Assembly: GCA_018664115.1 (NCBI GenBank)
Contig: JABJOX010000050.1
Location: forward strand, 1 to 60,635
DNA length: 60,635 nucleotides
Source of the DNA: Candidatus Woesearchaeota archaeon
Lineage (GTDB): Archaea; Nanobdellota; Nanobdellia; Woesearchaeales; GW2011-AR9
Reading direction: 5' to 3'
In this document: in pieces, positions 17,196-26,106 of the stretch
How positions within the stretch are numbered: the first letter of the stretch is position 1
How the letters are laid out: each line of letters opens with the position of its first letter
The notes under the pieces: model-generated
Seen by the model: only the letters and a program-made list of their open reading frames with translations
Told to the model about the DNA's origin: nothing
Databases searched by the model: none
Program-made: the position numbers and the translations under genes

Positions 17196-18625
17196 TCGGA
17201 TTAGATATAGGGACTTCATCAATAAAAGCTGTTTTATTTAACAAAGAAAAAAGAATTATTTCATTAAAGAAAATTAAATTTAATTTGATTGATAATAATT
17301 CTAGATTGGATATGTTGTTTGATAAAGTTAAAAATATTTTAATAGAACTCAAAAATGATAATCCAAATATTGAAATAAATGCAATCGGTATTAGTACAAT
17401 TTTTCCTAGTTTGATTCCAGTTGATATTAATGGAAATGCTTTAACAAGTCTACTTGGTTGGAATAATAATCTTGCGCATTCTATTATAACTGAATTTAAA
17501 AGAAATAATAAAGAGGTTCTTGAATTATGTTATAAAACTGGTTGCCCAATACATGAATCATATTCAATATGGAAAATGTTATGGCTTAAAAAAAACAATC
17601 CAATTATTTTTAATAAAACATACAAGTTTATCTCGTTATCAGAATATATAATCTATAAATTAACAGGCAAATTTATAGTTTCTTATCCGATTGCTTCTAC
17701 AACAGGTTTGTTTAATATCCATAACTTTGATTGGGACCATTCTATTTTGGGGATGATTGGAATTTCAAGTGAACAATTATCAAGTTGTAAAGATATCTTT
17801 CATTCTGAAAAAATAAAAGATGAAATTGCAATTGAGATTGGACTGAATAATCAATTAAAGATAATCATTGGAGCTGGTGATGGAATGTTGTGTCATGTTG
17901 GGTGTGGGGGTACAAAAAAATCCATGATGAGTTCAACACTTGGCACTAGTGGAGCATTGAGATTTTTGTCTGATAAAAAAACGAATAATCCACTAATATG
18001 GTGCCATCCGTTATTTGACAATAAGTTCATTTGTGGAGTTGCAATAAATGCTGGTGGAATTACAACCAATTGGTTCATTAATAATTTTACTAAAAAAAAT
18101 GAAAAAGAACTTCTTGAAGAATTAGGTGATATGGAAATAAATAGTGACATTGATGGACCTATCTTTTTACCATTTTTAAACGGAGAACGAGGACCAAACT
18201 ATAACCAAAATATGAATGCTTCAATGGTTGGTTTAAAATCGTCTGATGATGAAGTTTCAATATACAGGTCTATTATTGAGGGGATATTTTTTAATTTATA
18301 TCAAGGTTATGAAAAGATTGTTGAAGAAAATGGAAAACCATTACAAATCATAGCTAGTGGGGGATATACTAAGTCAGATTACAAACTTCAGATGCAAGCT
18401 GATATTTTTAATGAGAAGATAATTGTTCCCGAGATAGTTGAATCAACTGCTGTTGGAACCGCAATAATTGCATTAAAATCAATTGAAGAATTGTCAAACA
18501 TTTCAGAGGTTAATCCTAAAATAAAAAAAGTATTTTATCCAAATAAAGAGAGACATAATAAATTTAAAGTAAGATATGAGATCTTCAAGAAATTTTATGA
18601 AAAGTCATCTGGAAAGATAAATTAA
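17180..18625 (+). CDS. FGGY-family carbohydrate kinase (gluconokinase/xylulokinase-like)
   Basis: AVIGLDIGTSSIKAVLF N-terminal motif, GAGDGM and ASGGYTKS. 16-nt overlap with gnd. Confidence 0.75.
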   Translation: MEKAVIGLDIGTSSIKAVLFNKEKRIISLKKIKFNLIDNNSRLDMLFDKVKNILIELKNDNPNIEINAIGISTIFPSLIPVDINGNALTSLLGWNNNLAHSIITEFKRNNKEVLELCYKTGCPIHESYSIWKMLWLKKNNPIIFNKTYKFISLSEYIIYKLTGKFIVSYPIASTTGLFNIHNFDWDHSILGMIGISSEQLSSCKDIFHSEKIKDEIAIEIGLNNQLKIIIGAGDGMLCHVGCGGTKKSMMSSTLGTSGALRFLSDKKTNNPLIWCHPLFDNKFICGVAINAGGITTNWFINNFTKKNEKELLEELGDMEINSDIDGPIFLPFLNGERGPNYNQNMNASMVGLKSSDDEVSIYRSIIEGIFFNLYQGYEKIVEENGKPLQIIASGGYTKSDYKLQMQADIFNEKIIVPEIVESTAVGTAIIALKSIEELSNISEVNPKIKKVFYPNKERHNKFKVRYEIFKKFYEKSSGKIN

Positions 18626-18650
18626 TAAAAACAATTAGAAAAGTTTGGTC

Positions 18651-19637
18651 TTAAGAAACAGTTTCTTCTCTTACTTTATGATACTCTTCCATAAATTCTT
18701 TGGCAATATCTTTATCAGTAATAATCAAAATATTCTCATCGTTTCTCGTATCGCCGCCGCCAGTAGGGTTCATGCTACCAGTTACAACCGTTTCTTTGTC
18801 GATGATGAAAGTCTTGTGATGCATGTTTTGTTTGTTGCCATCTTTGACAACATCGATGTCTTGATATTTTAAGAGGTCATAGACAGAATACTTAGTAACT
18901 TGTCTCGCTTCCATTACTCCTTCAATGGTAATATCTTCCAGGCTCTTTAACAAAATTATATTTCCTATGCCCTCATTCGTAAACGAGAAGGTCATAAAAT
19001 GAATAGATTCTTTGGCTTTCTTCAATTCATCTTTAACTTTCTCTGCACATTGATCTTCCGGGCAGAAATAATTCTTAATAGTAATTCCATCGAGATTAAT
19101 CATTGGATTCAAAACGGGATCGCCTTTCTTGAAAACGCCATTCCACATCTCTTGAAATTCTGCTTCATAATTTGTTGCAAGAACTTTCGATTCGATGAAT
19201 AATAAATTGTTATTGTTTTTAGTTGCTCCGTTATTGGTTGGGTTCATACTTCCTGATGAAATCTTCTTGCCATCGATAATACAAAATTTATTATGCATCA
19301 AGCCCCAAGCATCAACCTTAACAAAATCATGATCAAACTCATACAAATAATCTTTATCAGTAATCACTTTTACCTCAATCTCTTTTTCTTTCTCCAGAAG
19401 TTTATCTCTAACTTTATCTAAATCTACTTCAAAGAAAGCGCAATGAACAAACTCTTCTGCAGAATCAATAAAATCAACTAAAGCAGTTTCACAATCTTCT
19501 TGTGGACAGAAATAAACTTCAATGTTGCCAGAATCTTGAATTTGAGTTTCTGTAACAGAAGCAACTGTTAATGAATCTGTGAATGAACAAGAAGTTAAGA
19601 ATATTGTTATTAGAATTAAAAGGATTATTCTTTTCAT
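18651..19637 (-). CDS. secreted phospholipase D / Nuc-family protein with two HKD motifs (lipoprotein)
   Basis: Signal/lipobox LTSCS. HNKFCIIDGKKISSGSMNPT and HHKTFIIDKETVVTGSMNPT are two HxK(x4)D(x6)GS.N motifs. Confidence 0.8.
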   Translation of the reverse strand: MKRIILLILITIFLTSCSFTDSLTVASVTETQIQDSGNIEVYFCPQEDCETALVDFIDSAEEFVHCAFFEVDLDKVRDKLLEKEKEIEVKVITDKDYLYEFDHDFVKVDAWGLMHNKFCIIDGKKISSGSMNPTNNGATKNNNNLLFIESKVLATNYEAEFQEMWNGVFKKGDPVLNPMINLDGITIKNYFCPEDQCAEKVKDELKKAKESIHFMTFSFTNEGIGNIILLKSLEDITIEGVMEARQVTKYSVYDLLKYQDIDVVKDGNKQNMHHKTFIIDKETVVTGSMNPTGGGDTRNDENILIITDKDIAKEFMEEYHKVREETVS

Positions 19638-19867
19638 TTTTGATAATAACCCATTCCTGCTGGAGGAAGAATTCCTGCTTGCATATAACCTTCCATTGAG
19701 GTTGGCTGATGTTCCAATGCTGCCTTAAAAATCAAATAAGATCTTAAACTTAAATGGTCAGAAGCGCCCAACATTTCTTTAGGTGCAAGAGGTTCTTTTC
19801 TAAAATTTTGTCTCTCTTGTGCTGGTGTCAAATGAAACTCTTCAACTTTTTTTGTTAGGTCTGCCAT
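19634..19867 (-). CDS. small protein, paralogue 3 of a tandem trio
   Basis: Shares ..EMLG....L.....L.......(E/D)(G/F)..AGI.PP with 19874-20101 and 20125-20412. ATGA overlap with the PLD gene start. Confidence 0.6.
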   Translation of the reverse strand: MADLTKKVEEFHLTPAQERQNFRKEPLAPKEMLGASDHLSLRSYLIFKAALEHQPTSMEGYMQAGILPPAGMGYYQK

Positions 19868-19873
19868 TTTTCA

Positions 19874-20101
19874 TTATACATAAAATTCTTTCATATCAAC
19901 TTCTGGCACAGGAATGCCCGCAGCATAAAAATCATTTGGATGGCTTGCACCTTTTAAAGTTGCTTCCATTAATCTTTTACTTAAAAGACTCTTTGGATCT
20001 CTAAACGGACCAAGAATCTCTGTTAGAGTTAGTTCTTTAGGAATATCTCTATACAAATCATCTCTTTCTACATAAGTTAATTTAAAATCTTTAGTTGTCA
20101 T
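19874..20101 (-). CDS. small protein, paralogue 2 of a tandem trio
   Basis: LTEILGPFRDPKSLLSKRLMEATLKGASHPNDFYAAGIPVP aligns with the other two. Confidence 0.6.
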   Translation of the reverse strand: MTTKDFKLTYVERDDLYRDIPKELTLTEILGPFRDPKSLLSKRLMEATLKGASHPNDFYAAGIPVPEVDMKEFYV

Positions 20102-20124
20102 TTTATTTATTAATATTAATTAGA

Positions 20125-20412
20125 TCATCTTGATTTTGTAGTATAAACAGATTGGTGATGATAAGATGGACCTGATGGAGTGGGGTCAGGAATACCTTCA
20201 GCACGAAAATCTTCTGCTGTTACAAAACCCTGCAACATTCCCCTAATTAACCAATAAGCCCTTACATCACGTGGATTCTCACAACCAGCAAACATTTCTC
20301 TTAAAGGAGGTCCTTCTTCGATTTCTTTCATATATATTAGATGTGCCATCTGATCTCTGATAACATAATTAAGTTCTTCATTCACTTTATCATCAATAGC
20401 TGCATTTCCCAT
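20125..20412 (-). CDS. small protein, paralogue 1 of a tandem trio
   Basis: LREMFAGCENPRDVRAYWLIRGMLQGFVTAEDFRAEGIPDP aligns with the other two. Confidence 0.6.
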   Translation of the reverse strand: MGNAAIDDKVNEELNYVIRDQMAHLIYMKEIEEGPPLREMFAGCENPRDVRAYWLIRGMLQGFVTAEDFRAEGIPDPTPSGPSYHHQSVYTTKSR

Positions 20413-20506
20413 ATTTAATAAAGTAATAAGAACAATTACTTAAACATTTCTAGAGTATAGCCTCTAAAGCATAAAATTTAAATAATAATTCTAAATAAAT
20501 AAGAAT

Positions 20507-20842
20507 ATGGCAACAACTAGAGCAATTGGAAAAGGGTTAGAAGGAATGTTAAAGAAAGACGGAGAGGGCATTAGAATTGGAACTCTTGTTAGAAGTCATC
20601 ATTTAGATGTACAGACGCACAGATATGAAGAGAACATAGTTTACAAAGCTTCTTGGGACGGTGCAGAGTTAGCATTAACGTTATCTAAAAAAGGTGGACA
20701 TTGGAACATTCAGAATTATCCAAACCAAACGCCACATAAAGAGAAATTATTATTGAATCGCTTTCTTAACGCATCTTACCAAACTCTTTTAGAAATGCAT
20801 AAAGAATCGTATCCGATTTATTTAGAAAAAGGGTTGGTTTAA
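20507..20842 (+). CDS. hypothetical protein
   Basis: 111-aa ORF with no recognisable motif. Confidence 0.5.
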   Translation: MATTRAIGKGLEGMLKKDGEGIRIGTLVRSHHLDVQTHRYEENIVYKASWDGAELALTLSKKGGHWNIQNYPNQTPHKEKLLLNRFLNASYQTLLEMHKESYPIYLEKGLV

Positions 20843-20900
20843 TCAATTATTACCAAATATTTATATATTAAAAAGTTCTTCTTAACTTAAATTAAAAAAG

Positions 20901-20938
20901 AGGTAAGCAAAGGGACAAGTACCTTTTTACCTTTTTTT
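20901..20938 (+). terminator. hairpin plus T6 tract downstream of 20507-20842
   Basis: AGGTAAGCAAAGG / CCTTTTTACCT stem (11 bp with a 2-nt bulge) followed by TTTTTT. Confidence 0.45.
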
Positions 20939-20968
20939 AAATCTACGTTCAAAAAAGAGGTATATAAA

Positions 20969-21994
20969 ATGAAAAAATCAATTATAATTAGTTTAGTATT
21001 AATCTTCTGTTTAAGTTTTTTAGCTATTGCAGAAGCAGATTTAGTAATAACGGATTTCCACGTTAGACAAGATAATCCAGAAGCAAGGGAATCTTACCAT
21101 TATGTTTTGGATGTAAAAAACGTGGGAGATGAAGCTGTTAGCACTTGTCTACCAGTAGACATTCATTTAGAAGAACAAACTTCTCTAAATTTTCCAAACT
21201 GTTTATTACAAACACTAACTAATTCCAGAGGAGATGGTTCTAATGTGGCTGCAGTAACAATCATTTCTGAAGATGGTTCTAAAATTCAAGTTACTCCAAG
21301 TAAAGGAGAATTAAATTACATGACTGGCCCTTTAAGTGCAGAAGAAATTCAAAAACAAAAAGATAATGCCAATAGCGGTCTGCGAGAATATACTGAAGAA
21401 GAATTAGCCAAAACTTTAGCTGGGATTGAAAAAGCAGGATTAGAAGGATACGAAAGTTATTTTGACACTTTCTTTGTTGAACTTCAACCTGGAGAAACGG
21501 TAAGATACGAATCAGAGAATTCTTTTAATGAGTTTGAACAAGTATTTATTCCCCCAACAGAATTAAGTTTAGATAAATGGGAACTAACTGCTAATTTAGT
21601 TTTAGATCAATTCAATACAGCTAACGAGAATCAAGACAACAACGATTATTCAGAGATCATCATAGTTGAACCGACAGTGATGCAAGGTCCAAAAGAATCT
21701 AGCAGTAAAAATGTTAAGTTAAGTGATGAAGATGATTATTTTGCTATCGCTCCTGGTTGTGCGTTAATACAGGGAAAAGAAATTTGTGTTAGCCCAGATG
21801 ACCCAAATAGTCCGGATGATGATGAAAACCTAATCATCTCTGTTGATGGCTCAGAAGAAGTTTATAGTTATTCTGGACTCTTCATGGCTTGGTTCTACAA
21901 ATGGTTTGGAGACGGAAGATTAGCGCCAGCAGAAGTTAATAACGGTGTAAAAATAATCATTTACGAAACTGGATTTAAGTTTAGTTTTGTATGA
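20969..21994 (+). CDS. secreted protein with an N-terminal CARDB-like domain
   Basis: Signal peptide. ADLVITDFHVRQDNPEARESYHYVLDVKNVGDEAV fits CARDB. GAGGT Shine-Dalgarno-like sequence 8 nt upstream. Confidence 0.55.
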   Translation: MKKSIIISLVLIFCLSFLAIAEADLVITDFHVRQDNPEARESYHYVLDVKNVGDEAVSTCLPVDIHLEEQTSLNFPNCLLQTLTNSRGDGSNVAAVTIISEDGSKIQVTPSKGELNYMTGPLSAEEIQKQKDNANSGLREYTEEELAKTLAGIEKAGLEGYESYFDTFFVELQPGETVRYESENSFNEFEQVFIPPTELSLDKWELTANLVLDQFNTANENQDNNDYSEIIIVEPTVMQGPKESSSKNVKLSDEDDYFAIAPGCALIQGKEICVSPDDPNSPDDDENLIISVDGSEEVYSYSGLFMAWFYKWFGDGRLAPAEVNNGVKIIIYETGFKFSFV

Positions 21995-22014
21995 TTTTTT
22001 ATTTTTATTTTATT

Positions 22015-22539
22015 TTAATATGATGGCTCTGGTTCTGGAAACAATGAACTAATTTTATCAACCAAAGAACTTTTTTCTGTTTTAGGAGTGGAAAATTTAT
22101 TTTTTTTGAAACCAATTACAAAAGAAACCTCAAATTCATAAATCAATCTAACATCTAATCTATAAACCCAATCTTGTGGCTTTAATTCGCCACTATCTAA
22201 CATCTGAAAATAAGAATCTTTACAAGGATAAACGTGTCCAGGTCCTGTCCAACAAATAGTTGCTGAACCACTTTCATCGTGAATATTAACTAAATCCTCG
22301 TTCATTTCACCATTTTCAGAAGTTGCATCTATCCCCACATTATAAAAAGAAATAAAAGCATAATCATTTGCAGTAGAAAATGGATTCCTCTTAAACCAGG
22401 GAGGAACAAGAATTGAACGATTCTCTTTATAATCTGCTACGTTTTCAGCCAGATAAAGTTCTGGTTCTACAAAATCTAATAATCTATCAGTTAGCGGATG
22501 CTGTTTTGATTTTCTTACTAATTGACTAATATTAATCAT
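22015..22539 (-). CDS. hypothetical protein
   Basis: 174-aa ORF, 3 nt downstream of 22543-22995 (probable operon). Confidence 0.5.
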   Translation of the reverse strand: MINISQLVRKSKQHPLTDRLLDFVEPELYLAENVADYKENRSILVPPWFKRNPFSTANDYAFISFYNVGIDATSENGEMNEDLVNIHDESGSATICWTGPGHVYPCKDSYFQMLDSGELKPQDWVYRLDVRLIYEFEVSFVIGFKKNKFSTPKTEKSSLVDKISSLFPEPEPSY

Positions 22540-22542
22540 TTT

Positions 22543-22995
22543 TTATTCTGGTTTATCAAAGGAAACGTATCTAGGTAAACCAGGAGAACTTTTACCAAAA
22601 TAATGTCTTCCAAAAACATGTTTGGGATTAATTTTTGTAATTACTTCATCAGCAACAGTTGCAATAGAATCTCTTACTTCTTGCTCCAACAAAGAACCTT
22701 TGTAAATTGCATGATCTACTTTATGTAATCCGTCTATACGCAAACGGAAATAATTACGGTTTATCCTTCTTGGATGTTCATCATAGAATTTTTCAACATC
22801 TCCATTTTTACGCATATGAAAAATAAGGTAATGAGGGTTAGTACGCCCAAGCTCAAGGGTTTTTCTTAACTTAAGTAAAGAATTAGCAATCTCATCTTCT
22901 GTAATTAAGTTATCAGTTAAACTAGCTAATTGTGAAACTACAACTAAACTTTTCTCATAATTTGTTGCTAAAGTATCTCTGATTGAAGGAAACAT
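22543..22995 (-). CDS. hypothetical protein
   Basis: 150-aa ORF. Confidence 0.5.
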   Translation of the reverse strand: MFPSIRDTLATNYEKSLVVVSQLASLTDNLITEDEIANSLLKLRKTLELGRTNPHYLIFHMRKNGDVEKFYDEHPRRINRNYFRLRIDGLHKVDHAIYKGSLLEQEVRDSIATVADEVITKINPKHVFGRHYFGKSSPGLPRYVSFDKPE

Positions 22996-23079
22996 AATAA
23001 TTATTTTTTTGAAGCTATTTATATAATTTTTGGTTATTTTAAAATAAAAGAAATAAAAAGAAAATTAAAAAAAAGAAAA

Positions 23080-23667
23080 CTATTGTTTTCTCGAGTTAGC
23101 TCTTCTACTTGGACGTGCTTTCTCATAGCCTAAACCTTTTCCACGTAATCCTCGAGATTTTCTTGCAGTGGAAGTTTTTCCTCTAAATACTCTGCTATGA
23201 TGTTTCTTGTCCTGTAACCAAGCTAAATTCTTATCAGATTTAATTACTGGATGATTTGGATCTACAAGAATAACTTCGTACCAATAATGTTTACCATCTT
23301 CAATTACCCAATAAGAGTTTAGAATTGTAAGATTCTTGAATTTTCTCTGACAACGCTCTTCAGCAATTTGCTTATAGTTCTTGCTCAAATCTAATCTAGT
23401 TCCGTATCTTTTTGGTCTTCGTCCTTTCTTAATTTGTGGCCTAGTATGTCCACCACGAGGAACTCTTTGCCTAGCAATAACAAAACCTTGTTTAGCTTTA
23501 TAGCCTAATGAACGAGCACGATCAATTCTTGTTGGTCGTTCTATTTTTGTAGTAGAATTCTCTTTTCTCCACTTAATTAGTCTTTCACGCCATAATTCTG
23601 GCATATTTGCCTTTGGTTTCTTCCAAAGGTTCCTTACATGTTTGTATAATCCCATTTTTAATTTCAT
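23080..23667 (-). CDS. rpl15e: 50S ribosomal protein L15e
   Basis: MGLYKHVRNLWKKPK, IERPTRIDRARSLGYKAKQGFVIARQRV, NSYWVIEDGKHYWYEVILVDPNHP, RGLRGKG. The start may be the internal ATG at 23655. Confidence 0.92.
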   Translation of the reverse strand: MKLKMGLYKHVRNLWKKPKANMPELWRERLIKWRKENSTTKIERPTRIDRARSLGYKAKQGFVIARQRVPRGGHTRPQIKKGRRPKRYGTRLDLSKNYKQIAEERCQRKFKNLTILNSYWVIEDGKHYWYEVILVDPNHPVIKSDKNLAWLQDKKHHSRVFRGKTSTARKSRGLRGKGLGYEKARPSRRANSRKQ

Positions 23668-23948
23668 TACAAATGGGGCTCAAAAATCTTTGATTTTTTT
23701 TGTCCCATTTTTTATTTAGCCTCCTAATTTGCTTCAATTTTATACCAGTTCAGGCAAGCTACTGCCCACATTCGGGTATTTTAGTTAAATTGTTAGGCTT
23801 ATTTAAAAAGGTTATGTTAAAAATCGTTTTGTTTGTTAGTTACATAACGATGTTAAGTTCCAAAATGTTTATCCCACTGCAAGCATAGAACCTGCGCAGA
23901 GTAATTATAATTGAAAACATTTATTAATTATTAAGTATTTATTTTTTT

Positions 23949-24149
23949 ATGGCAAATAAAACTATTAAAATGGTTGTTTCTGAGCGAGCTCATAAAAAAT
24001 ATAAAAGAGTAATGAAATTGATGGGTTTTAAGAATGAGTCTCAATTTTTGATGTATTGTGTTATGAAAGCAGTTCGTCCAAAAGTAACTGATACACAAAA
24101 GAAACAAATGTCTCAAGAGATGAAGGGATTAAAAGAAGCTCAAAGATAA
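23949..24149 (+). CDS. small protein, possible ribbon-helix-helix fold
   Basis: KTIKMVVSERAHKKYKRVMKLMGFKNESQFL resembles a CopG/RHH N-terminus. Confidence 0.35.
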   Translation: MANKTIKMVVSERAHKKYKRVMKLMGFKNESQFLMYCVMKAVRPKVTDTQKKQMSQEMKGLKEAQR

Positions 24150-24223
24150 ATACATCTCAATTACAATTATTAAACATAACAATGTTATGTTCCGGTAAAA
24201 GCTTTAAGTGATGGTAAGGAGAA

Positions 24224-24898
24224 TCATACCAATTGATCTTCAGAATTTCTAACCCCTAAATAATTTATATGAGTTCTCTTATCTTCAATTTTAAATTTTT
24301 TCCCATCATTATTATTCTCGCTAAACTGGTCAATGACTAATATTTGTGAACTATCTTTTCTTACAGCTACAATTATTGGTGCGACTTCTTTATTTATCCA
24401 ATTAAAGTTTACCTTTTTTGGATTAGTATTCAAATATTTAATCAATGAGCCCCATTGGTTTTCTTTATCAAACCAAAGTAGTGAAGAGAAATCTGCTAAT
24501 CTATAATCTCCAGCTGTTATTAAATACCATTGTTTAGCTTCCCAAGGAAATTTGTAAAGACGTTGGAGGTCATTATCTTCTCCTCTGTCTTGTTCGCACT
24601 GAATCACTCCAAAAATAGCTTTAATAGTTTTTCCTGCAGGCATTTGATATTCAGATTCAAAGATTTCTTTAATTATATCTTTTTTTGTTATGCCCCCATA
24701 TCCCCTATAAATTGAAATGGGTATGGATTCATCAGAAAACACAACAATAAAACCTAAACCAAATGAAACCCAATTTCTTTTTAATATTGCACTTAATCCA
24801 TTTTGCATATTTAAAAAAAAATCATCAATTAGTTGTTTAATTAATTCTTCAGACAATTCTTTTCTTATCTCAAATCCAAAAACGCGAGTCATAAACAA
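24224..24898 (-). CDS. hypothetical protein
   Basis: 224-aa ORF. Confidence 0.5.
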   Translation of the reverse strand: MFMTRVFGFEIRKELSEELIKQLIDDFFLNMQNGLSAILKRNWVSFGLGFIVVFSDESIPISIYRGYGGITKKDIIKEIFESEYQMPAGKTIKAIFGVIQCEQDRGEDNDLQRLYKFPWEAKQWYLITAGDYRLADFSSLLWFDKENQWGSLIKYLNTNPKKVNFNWINKEVAPIIVAVRKDSSQILVIDQFSENNNDGKKFKIEDKRTHINYLGVRNSEDQLV

Positions 24899-24936
24899 TA
24901 AGAATTGTTTTAATTTATAAATCTTTTAGTTAATTA

Positions 24937-25329
24937 TTACCAGAAGAACTTCCAACGCTTATCTTCTTTCTTTTCTTTGACTAAATCAGTTAAGCCATGT
25001 TTCTTAGCGTTTCTTAAGAATTGGTTAGCGATTGCTTTCAATCTCAAGCCGTTAATATCAGCATCGTTCTGAAAGAATTCATATTTCTCTAACAATTTAT
25101 CTAAAATTGAAGCTTGTGTTTCCAAATTAATATGAGTTACGCTAGAATCAGCAACTTTACGTTCTTTTTCCAACTCCATCAATTTTTTAAGTTCAGGAAG
25201 AATACTTTTAACATCATAATTGATTTCTTCTAAATATTCAACAATTGCATCTAAGTCTTTAACAACATCGATTTTCTCTTGCTGTTCTTCCCGAGCAAAA
25301 TGTTTTTGCCACCAACTCTTTTTTGTCAT
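24937..25329 (-). CDS. hypothetical coiled-coil protein
   Basis: 130-aa ORF, charged and helical. Confidence 0.5.
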   Translation of the reverse strand: MTKKSWWQKHFAREEQQEKIDVVKDLDAIVEYLEEINYDVKSILPELKKLMELEKERKVADSSVTHINLETQASILDKLLEKYEFFQNDADINGLRLKAIANQFLRNAKKHGLTDLVKEKKEDKRWKFFW

Positions 25330-25392
25330 AATATAAGATAAATCTTTTTCAATTATAAATGTTTTGATAATAACTTGAGAGCAGAACTAGAA

Positions 25393-26034
25393 CTATCGAA
25401 CAATATTAATTCCTAATGGTCTAACTGCATCCACAAATAATATTTTCATCCAGCCAAGATATGGAACTCTAATAAGACCTTTTCCATACAATCTATCTTC
25501 AGAAATATTCTCTTCACCTAAACTGCCAGAGATACTACCACTATTATGGTCACCTTTAGTTTGATAATATGTTTGCGAATCTTCTTCCCAAACTTTAACA
25601 ACTCGGTGAATTAATGGTTGTGGTTTACTTCCCTGGAAAATAAGCACATCGCCAACGTCAAGATTATTCTTATTTGCTCGCCAGAGAATAATCACATCAC
25701 CCTTTCTAAAACCATCCCGGAAAGGAAATTTATTAAATTGTTCTTTAGTAATGCCATTAGATTCATACCATTGACCACAAACACTCCAATAACTGTCAAA
25801 AGATTCTGGGAATTCTGTGAACTTTTCTCCACAAATTAAATCTGCATGAGTACCATGTTCCATTGATTCAGAGATAACTGCTACAATCGGAAACGAAGTT
25901 CCTAGAATCAATCCTAGAAAGGGATAAACAAGAAAACGAATAACTAGGAAGGCAACAACGATGTTGGCTAGCCAACTCCAAATACTTTCATCATTCCAGA
26001 AAAAGTCCCATGTTTTCTTAAGATGTTCTTTCAT
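25393..26034 (-). CDS. signal peptidase I, archaeal/Sec11 type (S26B)
   Basis: N-terminal TM segment. VISESMEHG (Ser box), GDVIILW, LIHRVV, TKGDHNSGS (His box). Confidence 0.75.
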   Translation of the reverse strand: MKEHLKKTWDFFWNDESIWSWLANIVVAFLVIRFLVYPFLGLILGTSFPIVAVISESMEHGTHADLICGEKFTEFPESFDSYWSVCGQWYESNGITKEQFNKFPFRDGFRKGDVIILWRANKNNLDVGDVLIFQGSKPQPLIHRVVKVWEEDSQTYYQTKGDHNSGSISGSLGEENISEDRLYGKGLIRVPYLGWMKILFVDAVRPLGINIVR

Positions 26035-26106
26035 TAGAGATTATTAATATTTCTTTCTTTAAAAATGTAGCGAAAATTTATATACATCAAATAATTAATA
26101 ATCTTA

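Noticed and set aside
23671-23710. Long imperfect hairpin (AAAUGGG..AAAAAUC-AAA-GAUUUUU..CCCCAUUU) directly upstream of the rpl15e start as a regulatory leader
   Set aside because: The only TATA-like element is immediately adjacent. Transcription would therefore probably start inside or after the hairpin, so I cannot tell whether it is transcribed as a whole.
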